Below, in pieces: positions 50,375 through 59,283 of a stretch of DNA of 64,000 bases. The notes beneath the pieces are model-generated. The model did not search any database. It saw only the letters and a program-made list of their open reading frames with translations, and was not told the origin of the DNA. Location of the stretch: the NCBI GenBank assembly GCA_002718035.1, contig PBCX01000005.1:30359-94358 (forward strand), read 5' to 3'. The position numbers and the translations under genes are program-made. The DNA is from Flavobacteriales bacterium (GTDB lineage: Bacteria; Bacteroidota; Bacteroidia; Flavobacteriales; TMED113). Each line of letters starts with the position of its first letter. Position 1 is the first letter of the stretch.

Positions 50375-50887
50375 TTAATAATTATAACCTAATTGATCTA
50401 AAATATCATTACTTATATCTAAGTCTTCATTTGAATACAACATAATTAATTCAGAGGACTTATCAAAAATAATTTCATATCTATTTTTTTCAGCATATTC
50501 TTGGATGGCATTGTAAATAATTTCTTGGATTGGTTCAATCTTTTCTCTTTGTTTTTTATATAGCTTCCCATCCGGGCCAAATAAACTTTTTTGATACTCT
50601 CTAACTTCTTGTTCTCTTGCAATAATATTTTCTTCAAAAGCTTTTTTTTCTTTTTCGGGGAGTAAATATTTTTCGGCTTTGTAGCTTTTGTACATCTTTT
50701 CTATTTCTAAATATAAATTTTGAATCTCTTCCTCCCACATTTTTGAAAGATCTTCAATTTCTTCCTGAGCGCTAGTAAATTCAGGAATATTATTTAAAAT
50801 GTACTTAGAGTCTACATAAGCTACTTTTTGACCTTCACAAAAGTAAATCGAAAAAAAAACAAATAAACAAAAACATTTTTTTAGCAT
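50375..50887 (-). CDS. OmpH/Skp family periplasmic chaperone (second copy)
   Basis: I start it at ATG 50887 (MLKKCFCLFVFF... signal peptide). The ORF-track start at 50956 would overlap the bamA 3' end. Confidence 0.7.
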   Translation of the reverse strand: MLKKCFCLFVFFSIYFCEGQKVAYVDSKYILNNIPEFTSAQEEIEDLSKMWEEEIQNLYLEIEKMYKSYKAEKYLLPEKEKKAFEENIIAREQEVREYQKSLFGPDGKLYKKQREKIEPIQEIIYNAIQEYAEKNRYEIIFDKSSELIMLYSNEDLDISNDILDQLGYNY

Positions 50888-50919
50888 AAAGTAATTTTTG
50901 AAATGCAAAAATAATAAAA

Positions 50920-53379
50920 TTAAAATTGCTGTCCAATTATAAAATGTGTTTGCCATCCACTTTTTTCGATTGAATTGTTAGAGCTATCATAGCCATATGC
51001 AAAGTCTAGTCCCAATAAACCAAACATTGGCATGAATATACGAATTCCCAATCCAGTAGATTTTTTTAACTCAAAGGGATTAAAATTATCATAATTTTCC
51101 CATGAGTTACCAGCTTCAGCAAACATCAAAGCATATATAGTTGAGTTTGGATTTAAAGAAATAGGGTATCTTATCTCCATGTTATATTTGTTATAAAGAG
51201 GATCACCTGAAATTGAACTTAGTGATTGATTTAAATAACCCCTAAGAGCAATAATCTCTCTTCCATCTATTGAGTATCCACTTAAACCATCACCCCCAAC
51301 AAAAAATCTTTCAAATGGAGGCAGTCCAACACTACTATTGTATGTTCCTAAAAAACCTAATTCAAAATGAGTTCTAATAACCAAATCCCCAATAATAGAG
51401 TTATACCAAGTTCCATCGAATTTAAATTTATTGTATTCTAGAAATTTATATTTTTCTTGATTATCTGATACATTTTCATAAAAGTCTTTTTCTCTAAATA
51501 ATGAATACGGTGGTGTAAGTTCTAAATAAATTGAAAATTTGGATCCACTTCTAGGGTATATTGGGTTAAAAATAGAATTTCTTGAAAATGTAGTTGAGTA
51601 ATTAATATTATTTGAGTAACCATCACTAAAATTAAAAAGGGGTGATGGGTAGTTAACTAAGGTGTATCTTTGTAAGTTAATAGAATGGGTTATTGTAAAA
51701 TAGTCATCAGGCCATTTTAATCTTTTCCCAAACCCTACACTAAAACCTGAAATATCCATTTTTGATTCTTCTTCATCACTTACTTGACTGAAATTTTGAA
51801 TTGTTTTCCATACTGATGCAGAAAAACTATTTGGCTTACTCCCGCCCATCCAAGGTTCTTCAAATGATAAGCTGTAGTTTTGATAAAATCTACCATTTGA
51901 AGCAGCTCGTAATCTTATTTTTTGACCATCACCATGAGGCATTGGATTCCAGCTATCTTTTTTAAAAAAGTTTTTTGTTGAAAAATTATTAAAAACTACA
52001 GAAAATGCACCAACTACCATTCCATTTCCCCAACCACCTTGAAGCTCTAACTGATCAGAAGATTTTGATTCAACAGTGTATTCAATATCAACTGTTCCTG
52101 TTTCAGGATTTGGTATCGGGTTTACTCCAAGCGTCTCTGGGTTGAAATAACCTAGTCTATTGAATTCTTCTTGGGTTCTTATTATATCAGATCTTTTAAA
52201 CATTGAGCCAGGTAATGATCTTACTTCTCTCATTATCACATGATCTTTAACTTTAGTATTTCCATTTACAGTAACATTATTGATTATTGCTCTTTTTCCC
52301 TCATTTAATCTTATCTCTAAATCAATTATCTTATTTTCAATTCCCACTTCTATCGGATTTGCTTGAAAAAATAAATAACCGTCATCCATATAAAGAGAAC
52401 TAATATCATTACCGTTTCTACTCATGTATAGTCTTTCTTCTAGTAAATTTTGATCAAATATTTCTCCTTTTATTATTCCTAATAAATCATTTAACTTATC
52501 TGTATCATATTTAGTGTTACCAACCCATTTTATGTCTCCAAAAAAATATTCTTCTCCCTCTGAAATATTTATATTAATTATAAGGTCATTTTTCTCATCT
52601 TTTGAAACATTATGATTGATAACTTTAGCATCTCTATATCCTTTTTCACGGTATAGAGAAATTATATTTTGTAGATCCTCATCAAAGTCTTTCTTAATTA
52701 ATTTAGATGAGCTAAAGATGTTTTTAATTCCTTTTTCTTTTGTGTTTTTTAATTTTCTTTTAAGCTTTCTATCTTTGAATGAAATCTTTTCTCCAAGAAA
52801 ATTAATTTCTTTTATTTTAATTCTTTTATTTTTTTTTACATCAATAGTTAATGTTGTGTAGTTTAGATCATCACTTGCGTTTTCTGTAATACTACACTCG
52901 ACATCATAAAAACCTTTATCAATAAAATAGTTTAAAATATAGTTTTTAGTTTTATTCTTAATTTGTTCTCCGATAGCAATTCCCCTTGATAGATTCAAAT
53001 CTTCTCTAAGATTATCGATTTCTGATTTTTTAAGACCCTTGAATTGAAACTTATCTAATTTGGGAAGTTGTTCTAAAAAAAACTCTAAGTAGATTACATT
53101 ATTTTCTTTCTTGGTTTCAAAAATTTGAATATCAGAAAACAGTTCTTGACTCCACAATGTTTTAGTTGCTTCTTGAATTTTATCTCCCGGGACAAATATA
53201 TTATCACCCACCTTTAAGTCAACCAATGATAAAATAGAATTTTTATCTAAATTGTAATTGCCAGTTATAGAGATACCGCCAATCATATATTGGGTTTGTT
53301 GAGAATTGTTAATTTGGCTAAATGTAAATGAACTTAGCGCAAAGAATAATATTAAAATATTTAAAAAAAACCTACTCAT
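50920..53379 (-). CDS. bamA: outer membrane protein assembly factor BamA
   Basis: 819 aa. Signal peptide, POTRA repeats, Omp85 barrel, C-terminal ...FIIGQQF. Confidence 0.9.
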   Translation of the reverse strand: MSRFFLNILILFFALSSFTFSQINNSQQTQYMIGGISITGNYNLDKNSILSLVDLKVGDNIFVPGDKIQEATKTLWSQELFSDIQIFETKKENNVIYLEFFLEQLPKLDKFQFKGLKKSEIDNLREDLNLSRGIAIGEQIKNKTKNYILNYFIDKGFYDVECSITENASDDLNYTTLTIDVKKNKRIKIKEINFLGEKISFKDRKLKRKLKNTKEKGIKNIFSSSKLIKKDFDEDLQNIISLYREKGYRDAKVINHNVSKDEKNDLIININISEGEEYFFGDIKWVGNTKYDTDKLNDLLGIIKGEIFDQNLLEERLYMSRNGNDISSLYMDDGYLFFQANPIEVGIENKIIDLEIRLNEGKRAIINNVTVNGNTKVKDHVIMREVRSLPGSMFKRSDIIRTQEEFNRLGYFNPETLGVNPIPNPETGTVDIEYTVESKSSDQLELQGGWGNGMVVGAFSVVFNNFSTKNFFKKDSWNPMPHGDGQKIRLRAASNGRFYQNYSLSFEEPWMGGSKPNSFSASVWKTIQNFSQVSDEEESKMDISGFSVGFGKRLKWPDDYFTITHSINLQRYTLVNYPSPLFNFSDGYSNNINYSTTFSRNSIFNPIYPRSGSKFSIYLELTPPYSLFREKDFYENVSDNQEKYKFLEYNKFKFDGTWYNSIIGDLVIRTHFELGFLGTYNSSVGLPPFERFFVGGDGLSGYSIDGREIIALRGYLNQSLSSISGDPLYNKYNMEIRYPISLNPNSTIYALMFAEAGNSWENYDNFNPFELKKSTGLGIRIFMPMFGLLGLDFAYGYDSSNNSIEKSGWQTHFIIGQQF

Positions 53380-54111
53380 TTAATTTACTTTTCCAAATCT
53401 TCGTTCTCTTTTTTGATATTCAAAAATAGCATTATAAAAATTTCTTTTATTAAAATCAGGCCAATTAGTTTTGGTAAAATATAATTCAGCGTAAGCTAAT
53501 TGCCATAAAAGAAAATTACTAATTCTTTTTTCCCCCCCAGTTCTAATTAAAAGATCTGGATAAGGTAAATTATTTGTACAAAGGTAATTATTTACCATAT
53601 CTACAGTTATTTTTTTTAATTTAATTTTTCTTCTAATAATATCATTACATATTTTTTTTATTGAATTAGTAATCTCCCATCTCGAACTATAGCTTAATGC
53701 TATTGTTAACGTAATATTATTATTATTATTATTTGTTTCTTTAATAGCATTTTTAATTGCTTCCCTGGAGTTGCTAGGCAGATCATTTAAATCACCAATG
53801 ATGTTTAATTTAACATTATTTTCAATAAGTTTTTTTTTATATTTTGTTATGGATTTAGCTAATAATTCCATAATTATTTTAACTTCTAATGTAGGTCTCT
53901 CCCAATTTTCCTTTGAAAAAGCAAACAATGTTAAATATTTAATATTAAGTTTTAATGAGGCTTCTAATACATGTTTTACAGAGCTGATTCCTTTTTGATG
54001 CCCAAAAGATCTTTCTTTCCCTAATATTTTTGCCCATCTTCCGTTGCCATCCATGATAATGGCTACATGTTGAGGGATTTTTTTATTTTTTATCTTTGAT
54101 AAAGAGCTCAT
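53380..54111 (-). CDS. uppS: isoprenyl transferase (undecaprenyl diphosphate synthase)
   Basis: HVAIIMDGNGRWA and RTGGEKRISNFLLWQLAYAELYF motifs. Confidence 0.9.
   Translation of the reverse strand: MSSLSKIKNKKIPQHVAIIMDGNGRWAKILGKERSFGHQKGISSVKHVLEASLKLNIKYLTLFAFSKENWERPTLEVKIIMELLAKSITKYKKKLIENNVKLNIIGDLNDLPSNSREAIKNAIKETNNNNNNITLTIALSYSSRWEITNSIKKICNDIIRRKIKLKKITVDMVNNYLCTNNLPYPDLLIRTGGEKRISNFLLWQLAYAELYFTKTNWPDFNKRNFYNAIFEYQKRERRFGKVN
53716..53733 (-). repeat. (AAT)6 in-frame trinucleotide run encoding Asn6 inside uppS
   Basis: The plus strand reads ATT x6, which corresponds to NNNNNN in ...KETNNNNNNITLT... Confidence 0.9.
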
Positions 54112-54938
54112 TAATAATTTATTTGTGAACAGAATGACTTTTTTGGTATTTTATAAATTATACTTACACCAAAAAAACCAAATTTGTCTTTATTTTCTGA
54201 ATTCCCTCTTTGTGAACCTTCAATAAATTCAGAACCGGATTTATAAAACAAATTTTGACCTTGCTCACTTAACGAATTTGGATTTACATAGTCTAAACTT
54301 ACATCATCAATGTAGTCTGTTCTTGTAAATGTCCAAGACCATGTAAAATTAATAGCGAAATCAGTTTTTAAATTAAATTTATATCCTAAACCAATAGGAA
54401 TTCCTAAAGAAAATAAATTATATTTTTCTCTTTCTGGGTATAGAAAATTCCCTTGTCCCTCAGTCCCAAGTGGTTGTAGCTCAACCCAACTACCATTATA
54501 AAATCCTTTAGGGTTATATTTAAATCCACTAATTCCTGAAAATATATAGATTGTATTGTTATATTTTTTTGAACCTATCTTATAAGGAGAAAAATTAAAT
54601 TCAAAATTACTTGAAAACTCGGTTATAACAGATTGAAAATCCAAATTTCTTTGTACTAAATATAAGTCTTCAGAGTCTTTGTCAAAAGAACTAATTTTTC
54701 CTCTTTTAAGGTCAAATCTAAATGCTATTCGTTTATTTATATTTTTTCTAAAACTTATACCCATCGCAGGCTCAGAGTTAGTAAAAAGTTTATTTGTGTT
54801 CCCAAATTTTAATGAATTATAGCCAACGTCACCGTGAAAAAACCCGGTTCCAATAAATAATCCAACTTCAGTTTGAGAAAAAGAAAAAGTGGTTAAAAAA
54901 AAATATAGAAAGAAAAATCTAATATTTATGGAGTTCAT
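54111..54938 (-). CDS. DUF6089-like outer-membrane beta-barrel protein
   Basis: Signal peptide and beta-strand periodicity. Conserved position between nadK and uppS in Flavobacteriia. Confidence 0.5.
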   Translation of the reverse strand: MNSINIRFFFLYFFLTTFSFSQTEVGLFIGTGFFHGDVGYNSLKFGNTNKLFTNSEPAMGISFRKNINKRIAFRFDLKRGKISSFDKDSEDLYLVQRNLDFQSVITEFSSNFEFNFSPYKIGSKKYNNTIYIFSGISGFKYNPKGFYNGSWVELQPLGTEGQGNFLYPEREKYNLFSLGIPIGLGYKFNLKTDFAINFTWSWTFTRTDYIDDVSLDYVNPNSLSEQGQNLFYKSGSEFIEGSQRGNSENKDKFGFFGVSIIYKIPKKSFCSQINY

Positions 54939-54986
54939 TTTTCAATTAAATATTTTTACAATATACGTAATTGTTATTTACAAACA

Positions 54987-55871
54987 TTAATCATGATTTC
55001 TTTTGTCTAAACCCCAATGAAGTTTATTTCTTAAAGTGTCGAAATAATTATTTTTTTTGATTACAAGAAAGTTGATTTTAAAATTTTCTTTTTTTATGTA
55101 TATAATATGTTTATTAGTAATTTTTTCTGTTTGGCCATCAATTGATAAATTAAAGGATTTAAATCTAGGGTCTAAGTGTACTTTAATTATTGATTCATTT
55201 GAAATTACAAGCGGTCTAACATTTAAGTTATGTGAAGATATTGGAGTAATAATAAAATTTTCAGAATCTGGCATAACAATTGGTCCACCACAACTTAATG
55301 AATGAGCAGTAGAACCTGTTGGTGTAGAAACTATTAATCCATCTCCCCAGTAAGTGTTTAGAAAACTTCCGTTAACATAAGCTTTAATACTAATCAAGGA
55401 AAGGTGGTTTTTTTCAGTAATAGAAACTTCGTTAATAGCAAATTTAGACATACTACTTTTTATTTTTGGACTAGTGTAAACTTTAATAATACTTCTAGCG
55501 CTGATATGATAATTTTTATTTTGCAGAGACTTAATGAGATCAGAAATATTTTGTTTAGGTATATTTGCCAAAAAACCTAATCTCCCTGTGTTAATTCCTG
55601 TTATAGGAATATTTAATTTGTTAACTAGATGCGCAGCTTTTAACATAGTACCATCTCCACCAAAACATATCAAAAAGTCAATTTTATTTGTTTTTGAAAT
55701 TTTTTTTATGATTATTGTTTTGTGAGGAAATTTTATTTTATTGTTATTAATTTTATTAAAACAATTTGTTATGTATAATTTAGCTTTATATTTTTCTAGT
55801 TCATTTACGCAAACTTTAATATATTCAACTGTTTCAGGATTTACACTTTGGCTGTAAATTAAAACTCTCAT
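54987..55871 (-). CDS. nadK: NAD(+) kinase
   Basis: GGDGTMLKAA, GRLGFL and STPTGSTAHSLSCGGPI motifs. Confidence 0.9.
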   Translation of the reverse strand: MRVLIYSQSVNPETVEYIKVCVNELEKYKAKLYITNCFNKINNNKIKFPHKTIIIKKISKTNKIDFLICFGGDGTMLKAAHLVNKLNIPITGINTGRLGFLANIPKQNISDLIKSLQNKNYHISARSIIKVYTSPKIKSSMSKFAINEVSITEKNHLSLISIKAYVNGSFLNTYWGDGLIVSTPTGSTAHSLSCGGPIVMPDSENFIITPISSHNLNVRPLVISNESIIKVHLDPRFKSFNLSIDGQTEKITNKHIIYIKKENFKINFLVIKKNNYFDTLRNKLHWGLDKRNHD

Positions 55872-55874
55872 AGT

Positions 55875-56528
55875 CTATGTGTTTAAGTACCTTAAAAATG
55901 AGTCGAATCTGTTATCTAAGTTCTCAATTAAAGACGTATCATATGTTTCAACTACATTCCAATTAAACCTTGTTAATGATTTTATTATTCTTGACAAATT
56001 TTTCTTATCAATAATTATATCTACTAAAATATTTTTTGAGTTAGTATCAATTTGAGCAAAAGAGCTTATAACTTTACCCTCATTTTGTTCAATTAATCTA
56101 CTTATTTCAGATAAAGAGTAATCTTCTAGTGTGCATTTAATAGTTAAAATTCCTATTTCAGTCAATTGATATGGTTGGCCTATCTTGTAAACCAAATCTG
56201 CTAAAGTTATGTATCCACAATATCTTTTTTCTTCAAAAACAGGTAAAATAGATATCTTATGTTCACTAATAATTTTTAAAGCAACACATATATGATCATT
56301 AGTATTTAATGATAATATTTTAGCATGGTTAATTATTGATCTAACAGGTTTAGTTAAATTATCCATATCAAGAATACTTTCTTGATTTAAAATTCCTTTA
56401 AATTCAGTGTCAGAGAGAATAATCAAATGTGAACTTTTATATTCTTCCATAATTAACAAAGCCATATTCCCAGTTGTGCTTTGATTAATTGTAGGTATAT
56501 TATTTTTAATTATTTCTTTTAGTTTCAT
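55875..56528 (-). CDS. CBS domain pair protein with ACT-like C-terminal region
   Basis: Two CBS-like repeats (HLIILSDTEFKGIL..., ISILPVFEEKRYCGYITLADL). Confidence 0.6.
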   Translation of the reverse strand: MKLKEIIKNNIPTINQSTTGNMALLIMEEYKSSHLIILSDTEFKGILNQESILDMDNLTKPVRSIINHAKILSLNTNDHICVALKIISEHKISILPVFEEKRYCGYITLADLVYKIGQPYQLTEIGILTIKCTLEDYSLSEISRLIEQNEGKVISSFAQIDTNSKNILVDIIIDKKNLSRIIKSLTRFNWNVVETYDTSLIENLDNRFDSFLRYLNT

Positions 56529-56573
56529 ACATGGAATATTAAAACAAACTTACTATTTTTATCTCAAATTATT

Positions 56574-57287
56574 ATGACTAAATTAAGCGTAAATATTAAT
56601 AAAGTAGCCACAATAAGAAATGCTCGTGGAGGAAATAATCCTGATTTAGTGCAATTTGCAATTAATTGTGAAAGATATGGGGCTGATGGAATAACTATCC
56701 ACCCTCGCCCTGATGAAAGACATATAAAAAAAAGGGATGTTTTTTTATTAAAAAAAGCAGTAAAAACTGAATTGAATATAGAAGGCTTTCCTTCAAAAGA
56801 CTTTATCGATTTAGTTTTAGAAGTAAAACCTAATCAGGTTACACTTGTTCCTGACCCTCCAAATATTTTAACTTCAAATGCAGGATGGGATACTATCCAA
56901 AATCAAAATTTTTTAAAAAAAACTATAAAAAAATTTAAAGAGTCAGAGATAAGAACTTCTTTATTTGTTGAAGCAGAGAAAAATATGATTTTAGCGGCTA
57001 AAGATACAAACACTGATAGGATAGAACTCTATACTGAAGAATATGCCAGGAATTATACAAAAAATAAGAATAAAGCAATTAAGCCATTCATCGATGCCGC
57101 AAATATAGCTGCAGAAATAAATTTAGATTTGAATGCAGGCCATGATTTAGATTTAAATAATTTAAATTTCTTTTTTTCAAATATTATAAAGTTAAAAGAA
57201 GTTTCAATTGGTCATGCTTTAATTTGTGATGCATTGTATTTTGGTTTAGAAAACACAATTCAAATGTATAAACGAAATTTAAAATGA
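56574..57287 (+). CDS. pdxJ: pyridoxine 5'-phosphate synthase
   Basis: LSVNINKVATIRNARGG, HPRPDERHI and GHDL motifs. Confidence 0.9.
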   Translation: MTKLSVNINKVATIRNARGGNNPDLVQFAINCERYGADGITIHPRPDERHIKKRDVFLLKKAVKTELNIEGFPSKDFIDLVLEVKPNQVTLVPDPPNILTSNAGWDTIQNQNFLKKTIKKFKESEIRTSLFVEAEKNMILAAKDTNTDRIELYTEEYARNYTKNKNKAIKPFIDAANIAAEINLDLNAGHDLDLNNLNFFFSNIIKLKEVSIGHALICDALYFGLENTIQMYKRNLK

Positions 57288-58045
57288 TTTTGAACTCAAA
57301 AATTTTAGGAAATCATGAAAAAAAAATTCTTATACTTCATGGATTGTTTGGATCATTAGACAATTGGCTTAGTATAGCAAAAGAGTTATCAAAATATATT
57401 CAGGTACATATAATTGATTTAAGAAATCACGGGAAATCTTTTCATGAAAAAAATCATTCCTATGAATTAATGAGTTTTGATTTGTATAATTATATAAACC
57501 ATTTTAAAATCAAAAAACCAATTATTTTAGGTCATTCAATGGGTGGAAAAGTTGCAATGTCATATGCTCTTAATTACCCCGATGGTTTACAAAAATTAAT
57601 TGTAGTAGATATTGCTCCAAAAAATTATATAAACAATTATAATAAATTGATAAATAGTTTAATACGGGTTGAAAAATCTAAAATTAGTTCTAGAGGTCAG
57701 GGTAAATTGATTTTAGAACAAGAGAATATTGATTTCGCTACAATTCAATTTTTATTAAAAAATTTATATAGGGATAAAAAGCAATTAGTTTTTAGATTTA
57801 ATTTAAGAGCTATTAAGAATTCAATAGATGAACTCATGAATTTTGATTTTAAAAATTACATTTGGGAAGGTCAAACTTTTTTTATAAAAGGTGGTGATTC
57901 TAAGTATATATTAGATTCAGATCTTAAATTAATTAATAATTATTTTTCTAATTTTTCATTAGTTACAATCGATGGTGCTAATCATTGGGTTCATTATGAT
58001 CAAAAAGAAAAGTTTATTTCATCAATTAAAAATTTGATAACATGA
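57284..58045 (+). CDS. alpha/beta hydrolase, YbfF-like esterase
   Basis: HGLFGSLDNW, nucleophile elbow GHSMGG, C-terminal GANHWVH. Confidence 0.75.
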   Translation: MILNSKILGNHEKKILILHGLFGSLDNWLSIAKELSKYIQVHIIDLRNHGKSFHEKNHSYELMSFDLYNYINHFKIKKPIILGHSMGGKVAMSYALNYPDGLQKLIVVDIAPKNYINNYNKLINSLIRVEKSKISSRGQGKLILEQENIDFATIQFLLKNLYRDKKQLVFRFNLRAIKNSIDELMNFDFKNYIWEGQTFFIKGGDSKYILDSDLKLINNYFSNFSLVTIDGANHWVHYDQKEKFISSIKNLIT

Positions 58046-59283
58046 ATACATCAACATATTTTTTTAATACAGAGGCGCCAGTATTAGGCATATTAATTTT
58101 TATTTTAGCATCCATATTTTATGCAGAAAAAAGTAGTAACAAATTTTTAGTTAATTTTTTCAAATTTATTCCGGGTCTTTTGTTATGTTATTTTGTCCCT
58201 TCTATTTTAAATAGTTTAGGCTTAGTTAATCCAGAAATTTCAAAAAATCTATATTTTGTTGCATCTAGATACTTATTGCCTGCTAGTTTAGTTTTGTTAA
58301 CGTTAAGTATCGATTTAAAAAGTATAATAAACCTTGGTCCTAAAGCAGTTATAATGTTTTTGAGTGGAACTATTGGCATATTAATTGGGGGCCCAATAAG
58401 CTTACTGATTGTTTCATATTTTGAATTAGTTCCAATTAATCCTGAAGATTTATGGAGGGGTTTGACTACTGTAGCAGGTAGCTGGATTGGTGGTGGCGCA
58501 AATCAAGCCGCAATGAAGGAAATGTTTAATGTGAATGATCAAATATTTAGCTCAATGATTACTGTTGATGTTATTGTAGCTAATGTTTGGTTGGGGTTTT
58601 TATTATTTGGCGCAGGAATTAATAAAAAAGTTGACAAATGGTTGAACGCAGATTCATCAGCAATTGAAGATTTAAAAAATAATTTAATTAATTATAAAAG
58701 AAAAAATCAAAAGATTCCATCACTTACTGATTTCATGATTATTTTGGCTATTGGTTTTGGTGTTACAGGTTTTGCTCATTTTTTTGCAGACATTATTTCT
58801 CCTTACATTCAAACTAACTTTTCTTACTTAGAAAAATTTAGTTTGACTAGTTCATTTTTTTGGTTGATTGTTATTTCAACAACTGGTGGATTGGTATTGT
58901 CGTTTACTAAATTTAGAAGTTATGAAGGTGCAGGAGCTTCAACAATAGGAAGTGTTTTTTTATATGTGTTAGTGGCAACTATTGGTATGAAAATGGATGC
59001 GCTAGCAATATTAGATAACCCTGGACTATTTGTTTTAGGATTTATTTGGATGATTATCCATGTAATTATATTGATTTCTGTAGCTAAATTAATTAAGGCA
59101 CCTTTTTTCTTTGTTGCAGTTGGTAGTCAAGCAAATGTAGGTGGTGCCGCATCTGCCCCTGTTGTAGCATCAGCTTTTCATCCATCTCTCGCTCCAGTGG
59201 GTGTACTTCTCGCTGTATTGGGATACGCCCTAGGAACTTATGCAGCTTGGTTTTGTGGTATTTTAATGCAATTTGTTAGTTAG
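58042..59283 (+). CDS. DUF819 family polytopic membrane protein (putative transporter)
   Basis: 413 aa, about 11-12 TM helices. AGSWIGGGANQAAM and QANVGGAASAP repeat-like motifs are typical of DUF819. Confidence 0.55.
   Translation: MNTSTYFFNTEAPVLGILIFILASIFYAEKSSNKFLVNFFKFIPGLLLCYFVPSILNSLGLVNPEISKNLYFVASRYLLPASLVLLTLSIDLKSIINLGPKAVIMFLSGTIGILIGGPISLLIVSYFELVPINPEDLWRGLTTVAGSWIGGGANQAAMKEMFNVNDQIFSSMITVDVIVANVWLGFLLFGAGINKKVDKWLNADSSAIEDLKNNLINYKRKNQKIPSLTDFMIILAIGFGVTGFAHFFADIISPYIQTNFSYLEKFSLTSSFFWLIVISTTGGLVLSFTKFRSYEGAGASTIGSVFLYVLVATIGMKMDALAILDNPGLFVLGFIWMIIHVIILISVAKLIKAPFFFVAVGSQANVGGAASAPVVASAFHPSLAPVGVLLAVLGYALGTYAAWFCGILMQFVS

Noticed and set aside
50888-50956. N-terminal extensions in the ORF track that overlap upstream genes (skp copy 2 at 50888-50956, the nuclease at 61499-61573, queA at 11891-11911, lptC at 37431-37463)
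   Set aside because: Internal starts give canonical signal peptides or N-termini and remove the overlaps. The extensions encode no conserved sequence.
53716-53733. (AAT)6 microsatellite inside uppS as a possible contingency locus
   Set aside because: The repeat unit is a codon, so slippage stays in frame and only varies a poly-Asn loop. Poly-Asn runs are a common by-product of AT bias.
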